A stretch of 32,000 bases of DNA from Alkanindiges sp. WGS2144. GTDB taxonomy: Bacteria > Pseudomonadota > Gammaproteobacteria > Pseudomonadales > Moraxellaceae. The position numbers and the translations under genes were made by a program. The notes under the pieces were generated by a model. It did not search any database. It was not told the origin of the DNA and saw only the letters and a list, made by a program, of their open reading frames with translations. Shown piece by piece: positions 24,916 through 32,000 of this stretch. The stretch lies in NCBI RefSeq assembly GCF_043950625.1, contig NZ_CP171007.1. One strand, given 5' to 3'. Each line of letters starts with the position of its first letter. The first letter of the stretch is position 1.

Positions 24916-25424
24916 GGACACGAAGCAGTGAACTCACCGTAGGCATTTTTGTCATTGTTGCAGCGCTGGCCCTGTTTTTTCTGGCCATGAAAGTCAGTGG
25001 GCTGATCGGCAGTAATTATGGAGACACTTATACGCTAAGCGCACAATTTAATAATGTAAATGGTTTAAAACCACGTGCTAAAATTAGTATTAGTGGCGTA
25101 ACCGTTGGCCGGGTCAAGGATATCCATTTGGATCCAGAAACCTTGCAGGCTGAGGTGGTTATGGATATCGACAGCAAGGTCAATACCATTGATGATGATG
25201 CGTATGTCATGGTAGCCACCAACGGAATTCTGGGTGAGAAATATCTCAAGATTGTTCCAGGCGCGGGTGAAAAATATTACAAAAATGGTGATGTGGTTAC
25301 CCAGACACAAGGCTCCATGGATATTGAAGACTTAATTAACAAGTTTATTACTGGTAACGCTGGCGCTTCAAAAACTGCATCAGCCGCAGATATGTCATCT
25401 GATGGCTTTGCTGAAGGGTTTTAA
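24912..25424 (+). CDS. mlaD: MCE-domain protein MlaD
   Basis: An N-terminal TM anchor followed by an MCE domain ([21 protein letters not shown]). ATGA overlap with mlaE. Confidence 0.88.
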   Translation: MRTRSSELTVGIFVIVAALALFFLAMKVSGLIGSNYGDTYTLSAQFNNVNGLKPRAKISISGVTVGRVKDIHLDPETLQAEVVMDIDSKVNTIDDDAYVMVATNGILGEKYLKIVPGAGEKYYKNGDVVTQTQGSMDIEDLINKFITGNAGASKTASAADMSSDGFAEGF

Positions 25425-25500
25425 GCATACCATTAGCGAACTACCCATTATCAGGCATTCTTTGATGTGCTGATAAAAACGATGAAAAGCGAGGAAAAGC

Positions 25501-26130
25501 ATGAAGTTTAAAGCAATACCAACCGCATTAAGCACCAGCATGCTGGCTATGATGATTGCAAGCACCAATGTACAGGCAGCGCCTGAACCAGCTCCGGTAT
25601 TTGTAAAGCGGATCTCTGATGCACTGGTAGAGCGTCTGGTGAAGGAACGTCCCAATTACCAGAAAAATCCAGCGGTACTGAACACTATTGTAAAAGAAAA
25701 CATTGAGCCCTACGTGGACTTTGATGGCTTTGCCCGTGGCGTGATGGGACAATACTACCGTCAGGCTACTCCTAACCAGCGTACTTCATTTACCCAGACC
25801 TTTCGCCAAAGTCTGATTCGTACCTATGCCAAGGGTCTGACAGCTTACAATAATGAGAGCTATAGCATTCGTCCATTCACTGCGGGCCGTGATCCAAGCA
25901 AGGCTGTGGTCAATATGGATTTCAAAACCAGCAATGGTAATATTCCAGTCACCTATCAGCTGGTACAAAGTGGTGATAGCTGGAAGGTACGTAACGTATC
26001 TCTTAATGGTATTGATATTGGTTTGACGTTCCGTAACCAGTTTGCTTCGACTGTACAAAACAGTAAGGGCAACCTGGATGCAGCCATTAAAAATTTTACC
26101 CCGTCTGCTGACGCAGCTGGCAGTAAATAA
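25501..26130 (+). CDS. mlaC: Periplasmic phospholipid-binding protein MlaC
   Basis: Signal peptide ending NVQA|AP. Tol/Ttg2D-like sequence (FDGFARGVMGQYYRQATPNQR, WKVRNV..NGIDIG). Confidence 0.85.
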   Translation: MKFKAIPTALSTSMLAMMIASTNVQAAPEPAPVFVKRISDALVERLVKERPNYQKNPAVLNTIVKENIEPYVDFDGFARGVMGQYYRQATPNQRTSFTQTFRQSLIRTYAKGLTAYNNESYSIRPFTAGRDPSKAVVNMDFKTSNGNIPVTYQLVQSGDSWKVRNVSLNGIDIGLTFRNQFASTVQNSKGNLDAAIKNFTPSADAAGSK

Positions 26131-26133
26131 GCC

Positions 26134-26445
26134 ATGACAGCACAACTGAGCCTACACAATCAGGTAATGACACTGACAGGCAGTGTGAACTTTGATAATG
26201 CTGCCCAGGTTTATCAGCAGGGTTTGTTGTTATTAAAGCAGCAAACCAGCTGGCCGGTGTATATTGATTTATCTGCCTTAACCTCAAGTAATACCATTAC
26301 TTTGGCAGTATTTGTGCAATGGCTCAGGCAAGGTTTGGCAGGTCAGCAGCTCTATTTACAGAAAGTGCCCGCAAAAATGCAGGCTATTATTGGCGCTTCC
26401 AGCCTCATGCAGTCATTTGGCCTGAATGCATCAGTTAGTGACTAA
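26134..26445 (+). CDS. mlaB: STAS-domain protein MlaB
   Basis: The 103-aa ORF starts 3 nt after mlaC. It has STAS-like size and pattern, and its operon position is that of mlaB. Confidence 0.75.
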   Translation: MTAQLSLHNQVMTLTGSVNFDNAAQVYQQGLLLLKQQTSWPVYIDLSALTSSNTITLAVFVQWLRQGLAGQQLYLQKVPAKMQAIIGASSLMQSFGLNASVSD

Positions 26446-26474
26446 TGATGTAATCTAATCATTGCCTGTAGAGT

Positions 26475-26514
26475 AAACAGCCGCAGCAATTAGCTAGTGC
26501 GGCTGTTTCTTTTT
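26475..26514 (+). terminator. Rho-independent terminator of the mla operon, overlapping the 3' end of the convergent gene
   Basis: A 10-bp perfect stem, AAACAGCCGC/GCGGCTGTTT, with a 14-nt loop, followed by CTTTTT. Confidence 0.7.
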
Positions 26515-27293
26515 GGTGCTTCTGTTAATAGGGTGGTACTAATCCGTTTGGGTTTTGCTGTTCCCTGAGCAAGCTCCAGGCTGGTAGAGCGCATCATTAA
26601 AGGCTGAATTAATGGTGAGCTGAGCAGGTTAAGCATTTGTTGTGCTTTGGCCGGATTTTTAAGTTCAGGATTGATATAGCCGCGTAAAATAATTTGTTCG
26701 GCGGAAACCCGCACAAACTGATCAGTTGGTCGTAGCCATTTATCCAGCGTGGCTGAGCATTGCACCTGCTGGTTACGAGCCATACGCCACGCCACTAGTG
26801 AATCTTTGGTCAATGTCAGTTTGGTGGAAGCAGGTAACTTGGGAATATTCTTAATAAATATCTGGTGGACACGATTTTCTTTAATGGGCAGGGCAATGCT
26901 TTTGATATTGGCTTGAAAAATGGAGTCCTGCACACTTACCCGTTTTGGCAGATACAGGTTGGGGCACCACAGCACGACTTGACTAGCCGCAATGACCTGG
27001 CTGTTTTTACTTAAGTAGGCATTGATATTATTTTTGCCCAGGCTGGGGTTTTCTACAAATATAATTACATCATTAGTCATTTTTTGTTGATTAAGGTCCT
27101 GGTAAATACCCTCGTTACCTTTGGCTTGAATCATGACAGTAGTACCCAGTTGCTCATTGAGACGCGGTTTTAGCGACTCCAGCATGGGTTGAAAGCTGGA
27201 AGGAATGGCAACGCTCAAGGTTTCCGAGGCTAGCACCGGTGAGCTAGCCGTGATGGCTATCCAGACGGGTACAAGTACACGAAAAAGTTTCAT
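26490..27293 (-). CDS. Periplasmic PBP2-fold substrate-binding protein, distantly ModA-like, with no adjacent transporter genes
   Basis: AGGA RBS. Signal peptide MKLFRVLVPVWIAITASSPVLA|SE. The block order resembles ModA (LSVAIPSSF..., DVIIFVE, VVLWCP, IALP), but the family call is from memory and weak. Confidence 0.5.
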   Translation of the reverse strand: MKLFRVLVPVWIAITASSPVLASETLSVAIPSSFQPMLESLKPRLNEQLGTTVMIQAKGNEGIYQDLNQQKMTNDVIIFVENPSLGKNNINAYLSKNSQVIAASQVVLWCPNLYLPKRVSVQDSIFQANIKSIALPIKENRVHQIFIKNIPKLPASTKLTLTKDSLVAWRMARNQQVQCSATLDKWLRPTDQFVRVSAEQIILRGYINPELKNPAKAQQMLNLLSSPLIQPLMMRSTSLELAQGTAKPKRISTTLLTEAPKRNSRTS

Positions 27294-27378
27294 AAAGCAC
27301 TTCCTGCTTTGTTATCTTATGTTAACCAATTGTAGTATTAATTTTACAAAATACAATTGTTAAATGTATCCAGAAGTA

Positions 27379-28386
27379 TTAAATCCACTTTTTAGCCCGG
27401 AAGTAAACAAAAGGACCGATTAAAAACAGGCATACAATAGCGATCACTATAAAGAAACTATAATGCCCACGGGCAAAAGGTAGAATATCTGTATTCATAC
27501 CATATACACTGGCAATGAGCATAGGGGGTGCCAGCATGCTGGGTAATATGGAAAAGCGCCGAATGGTGTCACTTTGTTCGGTGTTAATAAAGCCTGAGGT
27601 GGTATCCAGTAAAAAGCGGACTTTCTGGAATAAAAAAGTATTATGCTCTACCAGTGAGCGCACATCTTCAGCCAGTTCTCGTACGTCAACATCATAAATA
27701 TGGCTGCCTAGCGCACGTGGACGGCTTAGAAAGGTGAGCACTCGGCGTAAGTCAATCAGGCAAAGCTGGGCTTTTCCAAGTACATCTTCTTGCTGGGCCA
27801 GGCGCGTTACCATATCGTCCAGGTCAAGCACCTGCTCACGATGCCGATTATTTAGTACCTCGGTAGAATATTTTTCTAGATCTTTGTGCACATCCTCTAA
27901 AATATCTGCCAGTTCATCCAGTTTGGCTTCCAGTAATCCCAGTAAAATCCATATCGGGTCTTTATAATCAATATTGTATTCGTTGCGCCGCGCCCTCGCC
28001 CGAAAAGCCCGAAACGACACCAGTTTTTCGCTACGCAGGGTAAACAGCCGTTCTTTACTTAAAATAAAAGCTACCGTTTGAGCAGTTGCCAGTATGCCGC
28101 TGTTTTCGTCGTCATGTTCACCGTGCCCTCTGGTTTTGCTTAAAAAATAGGTACTAATATGCAGGACACCGTCATCATCACGATAGTAGCGAGCCGAAGA
28201 AGAAATATCTTCCAGGGATTTTAGTGTAGGCAGATTTTGCCCGTAGACTTGATGAATCCATTGTTGTTCTTGCGGGCTGGGCGCAATTAAATCAATCCAG
28301 ACCAGATCGGGTGCCAGATGAGAGCTATCCTGAATGCTGGCGTCATACAGGCTACCGCGCTCGGTGGCAAAAAAGGCTTCGAGCAT
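27379..28386 (-). CDS. CorA-family divalent metal ion channel
   Basis: The 335-aa ORF has a large cytoplasmic N-domain, two C-terminal TM helices and the YGMN signature (SVYGMNTDILPF). Confidence 0.85.
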   Translation of the reverse strand: MLEAFFATERGSLYDASIQDSSHLAPDLVWIDLIAPSPQEQQWIHQVYGQNLPTLKSLEDISSSARYYRDDDGVLHISTYFLSKTRGHGEHDDENSGILATAQTVAFILSKERLFTLRSEKLVSFRAFRARARRNEYNIDYKDPIWILLGLLEAKLDELADILEDVHKDLEKYSTEVLNNRHREQVLDLDDMVTRLAQQEDVLGKAQLCLIDLRRVLTFLSRPRALGSHIYDVDVRELAEDVRSLVEHNTFLFQKVRFLLDTTSGFINTEQSDTIRRFSILPSMLAPPMLIASVYGMNTDILPFARGHYSFFIVIAIVCLFLIGPFVYFRAKKWI

Positions 28387-28476
28387 GTCCTATCCCTTGC
28401 GCGACAATAAATGTTAAGTGAAGCTTAATTTTGCCGTCTATTTTATTCATCATAATAGAAATGGGCAATTTTTTTG

Positions 28477-29112
28477 TCAGCAAAATGGCCTGGCAATAAC
28501 TAGGCATTCAATATGCTGTACGCCAAGCTGAACCAAGGCATCCTGCATACTTTTTAGGGTGCTGGCAGTTGTCACGACATCATCAACAAGCAGTACTTTA
28601 CGCGGGATGACACGACATTCGGGGACGTTAGGATAAAAAGCGCCTTGTACATTGCTTAGGCGTTCCTGTCTGGACAGGTTTTGCTGGGCAATACTGTGGT
28701 GCCGGTTCAGCGGCTGCCACAATGGAATCTGCCAGACTGTACCAAGGGTTTTAGCAAGTAACAATGCCTGATTAAATCCACGCTGCTTGAGCCGTTTGCA
28801 CGATAAGGGTACTGGTACGATGGCCTGTACGGCTGGTTTGGGATGCTGTAATAGCAAATCAGTCAGTATGGGTAACAGATCAAGCCGGTTTTGGTATTTA
28901 TATAAGTGGATTAAACGGTCAACTGGCCAGGCATACATACAGGTGGCGTGAATATTAAGGTTCTCAAAGTCAAAACTTAAAGGATTATGGCACCACGGCA
29001 TGGTTTGCCAGCAGAACTGACACAGGCTTTTTTCGGCGAGACACGGATAAAGCTGGCATAGCAGGCAGGGTCGACCAAATGGTCTGATCAAAGCAGTGAT
29101 GGCCTTAAACAT
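28477..29112 (-). CDS. comF: ComF-family (ComFC/GntX-like) phosphoribosyltransferase-domain competence protein
   Basis: N-terminal Cys pairs (CLLCQ...CQFCW) and the C-terminal PRTase motif VLLVDDVVTTASTL. Confidence 0.8.
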   Translation of the reverse strand: MFKAITALIRPFGRPCLLCQLYPCLAEKSLCQFCWQTMPWCHNPLSFDFENLNIHATCMYAWPVDRLIHLYKYQNRLDLLPILTDLLLQHPKPAVQAIVPVPLSCKRLKQRGFNQALLLAKTLGTVWQIPLWQPLNRHHSIAQQNLSRQERLSNVQGAFYPNVPECRVIPRKVLLVDDVVTTASTLKSMQDALVQLGVQHIECLVIARPFC

Positions 29113-29114
29113 AT

Positions 29115-31163
29115 TTAAACATAGGCATAACGTGGTGCTTCTGGTAGCCAGCGCCGTAATAAAGGTTCAGCAAGTTCGGGATAATCTTTTAGGATTAAAG
29201 CAGCTATACGTTGTGCCTGTGGCAATAGGTATTCATCACGTTGCAAGTCGGCCAGTCGAAAACCCAGCAGACCAGTTTGCCGGGTGCCTAGTATTTCTCC
29301 AGGCCCGCGTAGTTCAAGATCTTTTTCGGCAATCACAAAGCCATCAGTACTGGCACGCAGCGTGGCTATACGTTCCTTACCATGGCTGGATAGTGGATTT
29401 TTATACATCAGCACACAAAAACTGGCGGTACTGCCGCGACCGACCCGCCCGCGTAGTTGGTGCAGTTGAGATAGCCCCAGGCGTTCTGCATTTTCAATAA
29501 TCATTAAAGAGGCGTTGGGCACATCCACACCGACTTCGATGACGGTAGTGGCTACTAGCAAATGCAGCTTATTTTGCTTAAAGGCCTGCATCACGGCCTG
29601 TTTTTCTTCTGGCTTCATGCGGCCATGCACCAGTCCCAGTTTCAGGTGCGGCAGACGCGCTGACAATTCAGAAAAAGTGTCCTCAGCGGCCTGTGCATCC
29701 AGACTTTCCGATTGCTCAACCAGTGTACACACCCAATAGGCCTGCTTGCCCTCGCTACAATTAGCGGCTACCCGGGCAATCACTTCTTCACGTCGCTCAA
29801 ATGGTAGAGCCACGGTGGTAATAGGTGTACGCCCCGGAGGTAGTTCGTCAATAATGGATGTATCCAGGTCACCATAAGCACTCATCGCCAGCGTGCGTGG
29901 GATGGGTGTCGCCGTCATGACCAACTGGTGCGGTGTAGTTCCGGCGTTGCCTTTTTCACGCAAGGCCAGACGCTGGTCAACCCCAAAGCGGTGTTGCTCA
30001 TCAATAATGACCAGTCCGAGCTGCTTAAACTCTACATTGGCCTGAAACAACGCATGCGTGCCAATGACCAGTTGGGCTTGCCCGGTTTTTACCAGATGTT
30101 CAGCCAGCTCACGCGCCTTGCCTTTTTGCTTGCCGGATAGCCATGCGACCTGAATGCCCAGCGGTTCAAACCACTGGCTAAAATTAATAAAATGCTGTTC
30201 AGCCAGAATTTCAGTAGGCGCCATCAACGCTACCTGCCAGTTACTTTCCAGCACGTGACAGGCTGCTATGGCAGCTACGAGTGTTTTACCAGCGCCCACA
30301 TCGCCTTGTACCAGCCGCAGCATGGGTTTATTCTGGCTTAAGTCCTGTAAAATTTCAGTACTGACCCGTGCCTGTGCATGGGTAGGATTAAATGCCAAAC
30401 CAGCCAATAATTGTTGAACAAGCTGCTTGCTAGGCTGAATTGCAGGAGCGGCAATGGACTGGATATAGTAACGGCGCGTCAGCAGGCTGATCTGATGAGC
30501 GACCAGTTCTTCAAAGATCAGGCGCTGTTGAGCCGGATGACGGCCTTCAGCCAGATCAAATACATTGGCATCAATAGGCGGCTGGTGTATATAGCGCAAG
30601 GCGGCCTGCATGTCATACTGCTTGACAAATTGACTGGGTAGTAGTTCCGGCAGGTGATGCGAGTAATGCTTAAGTGCCTGATCAACAAACTGGCGTAACT
30701 TGGCCTGCGTCAGTCCTTCGGTGGAAGGATAAATAGCAGTTAAACGGGAAGCAGGGAGTGGTTCATCCGGGCTGACAAACTGGTATTCAGGGTGATATAA
30801 CTCAAGGCCACGGGCGCCCACGCGGACTTCACCAAATACCCGCACGCTGCCGCCAACCCTGAATTTTTCCTTTAAGCCCTTATAAACCTGATAAAAACGC
30901 AAGGTAACTTTTCCCAGCCCATCACTCATTTGAACAGCCATGGAAGTACGTTTTCCGGGCGGAAAGTCAACCGACTGAATGGTACCTTGTAGTAAAGCGG
31001 TCTTGCCCACAAACAGCTGATTCATGGGAATAATGCGACTACGATTTTCATAGTCGCGCGGCAGGTGAAATAGCAAGTCTACAGGCGTATAAATATGCAG
31101 CCTGGCCAGCAGTTGAGCCGCGGCTTCCCCCACACCCGATAAATCACGAACAGTTATACTCAT
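29115..31163 (-). CDS. recG: ATP-dependent DNA helicase RecG
   Basis: Wedge/OB N-domain, GDVGAGKT, DEQHRFG, TATPIPRT and QLHQLRGRVGRG. I prefer ATG 31163 to the TTG at 31169. Confidence 0.92.
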   Translation of the reverse strand: MSITVRDLSGVGEAAAQLLARLHIYTPVDLLFHLPRDYENRSRIIPMNQLFVGKTALLQGTIQSVDFPPGKRTSMAVQMSDGLGKVTLRFYQVYKGLKEKFRVGGSVRVFGEVRVGARGLELYHPEYQFVSPDEPLPASRLTAIYPSTEGLTQAKLRQFVDQALKHYSHHLPELLPSQFVKQYDMQAALRYIHQPPIDANVFDLAEGRHPAQQRLIFEELVAHQISLLTRRYYIQSIAAPAIQPSKQLVQQLLAGLAFNPTHAQARVSTEILQDLSQNKPMLRLVQGDVGAGKTLVAAIAACHVLESNWQVALMAPTEILAEQHFINFSQWFEPLGIQVAWLSGKQKGKARELAEHLVKTGQAQLVIGTHALFQANVEFKQLGLVIIDEQHRFGVDQRLALREKGNAGTTPHQLVMTATPIPRTLAMSAYGDLDTSIIDELPPGRTPITTVALPFERREEVIARVAANCSEGKQAYWVCTLVEQSESLDAQAAEDTFSELSARLPHLKLGLVHGRMKPEEKQAVMQAFKQNKLHLLVATTVIEVGVDVPNASLMIIENAERLGLSQLHQLRGRVGRGSTASFCVLMYKNPLSSHGKERIATLRASTDGFVIAEKDLELRGPGEILGTRQTGLLGFRLADLQRDEYLLPQAQRIAALILKDYPELAEPLLRRWLPEAPRYAYV

Positions 31164-31538
31164 GCGCAAAGTGTAATGGCAGTTGGCTAAAAATGCATGC
31201 GTTGATTATGGTGTTGGACAGTTTGGAAAAAGAATTTGTAATAGCGATAGCCGTATTACTCATCATAATGGCTAAACTGAGTAGCTTATAAGAAATCCGA
31301 TATATTCTTAGAGCAATAGACAGAAAAAAATATCAGGCTAAATAACTTAAATTAGCTTAAAAAATATGCGATATGGCCTTTATTGCCCTTGTAATTATTC
31401 AGTAATTATTTTTTTATAGACCACCGCAGTGAAGCAGGTTATATGGCATTAGCCATCATGATGATGACAGGCATATGCCTGGCACGTTTTAAAACACGAA
31501 AATCTGATATAGGTATTAACAGGCAAGGATTTTGAGTT

Positions 31539-32000
31539 ATGTATAAAACAATAAGGAATATCACAACGACGGGATTACTACTCGGTGCAGTGGCAATCAC
31601 TACCGCTTCACAGGCACAAACTATTTGTGTGTTTGATCTAGGAGGCGCGTCTGGTGATAACTTTGCTTTAATGCGGGATTATGCGTTATCAGCCAAAAAA
31701 TGGGGTGTAACCATAGATTTAAAAGCCTATAACAGTGAAGGCGAAGCGATTAATGATTTTAAAAAAGACGTCTGTGATGGAGTGGCTGCTACCAGCTTTT
31801 CAACCAGGCCTTTTAATAGTTATACCGGGTCTATTAATGCCATTGGCGCAATTCCCAGCAATGTGATTGCTCGCAATTTGCTATCGCTGATGGGTAGCCC
31901 CAAAGTGGCACGTGATATGGTTGAAGGAGAATACGAGGCAGCGGGTGTTATTCCCTTGGGTGCTGCGTATTTTCTGGTAAAAGACAGATCAATCAATAGT
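31539..32000 (+). CDS. Periplasmic putative solute-binding protein (AdeT-like/TRAP-DctP-like family), 3' end cut by the window edge
   Basis: My own translation: MYKTIRNITTTGLLLGAVAITTASQAQTICVFDLGGASGDNFALMRDYALSAKKWGV...GAAYFLVKDRSINS. The frame is open for 154 codons to the window end and has a signal peptide. The ICVFDL...CDG...SINAIG...P pattern recalls the AdeT-like family; the family name is tentative. Confidence 0.6.
   Translation, partial: MYKTIRNITTTGLLLGAVAITTASQAQTICVFDLGGASGDNFALMRDYALSAKKWGVTIDLKAYNSEGEAINDFKKDVCDGVAATSFSTRPFNSYTGSINAIGAIPSNVIARNLLSLMGSPKVARDMVEGEYEAAGVIPLGAAYFLVKDRSINS

Noticed and set aside
29096-29500. 134-aa ORF antisense to the recG 3' end and the comF start
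   Set aside because: This is a shadow ORF within recG. It has no RBS, and the recG motifs are intact on the opposite strand.
1-32000. Scan for CRISPR arrays, tRNA/rRNA genes, and defence, toxin-antitoxin or phage modules
   Set aside because: I noticed no regularly spaced direct repeats, no cloverleaf-like or rRNA-like segments, and no ORFs with nuclease, ATPase, integrase or toxin signatures outside the two IS traces. This was a visual scan only, so short or degenerate elements could have been missed.

Overview
The window looks like a chromosomal segment from a Moraxellaceae or Acinetobacter-like gammaproteobacterium. That guess rests on my recollection of the protein sequences (Acr1 fatty acyl-CoA reductase, MlaFEDCB, OmpR/EnvZ, MdtD-like MFS, EttA), not on any search. 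GC content looks mid-to-high 40s by eye and was not computed.

I support about 29 coding regions:
- Left part: ygiQ (5' partial), a small hypothetical ORF, DUF4385, mdtD-like MFS, ybaK, a LOG-family protein, and a SAM-methyltransferase plus NAD/FAD-oxidoreductase pair.
- Middle: envZ, ompR, tex, an SDR, a DUF2236/MpaB-like oxygenase, acr1, ettA, a secreted hypothetical protein, and an RhlE-like DEAD-box helicase with a repeat-rich tail.
- Right part: a candidate 49-aa membrane sORF, mlaFEDCB, an orphan ModA-like binding protein, a CorA-family channel, comF, recG, and a 3'-partial AdeT-like periplasmic protein.

There are two mobile-element traces. One is a ~200-bp IS3-family right-end remnant just downstream of ygiQ. 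The other is a complete ~0.88-kb AT-rich IS5-family element, whose transposase is split at an A9 run, inserted 41 bp upstream of acr1.

Several rho-independent terminators are clear. I see no rRNA, tRNA or CRISPR array, and no recognisable defence, secretion or prophage island.

I did not find a convincing novel multi-gene system; most of the window is ordinary core genome. The best leads are:
- the IS insertion in the acr1 promoter, together with its homopolymer-split transposase;
- the oxidoreductase/methyltransferase pair, which may modify lipids;
- the SDR, MpaB-like oxygenase and acr1 neighbourhood;
- the anciently duplicated module in the helicase tail;
- the unannotated sORF ahead of the mla operon;
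- the orphan binding protein next to the CorA-family gene.

All functional calls come from motifs and remembered homologies and need database confirmation.
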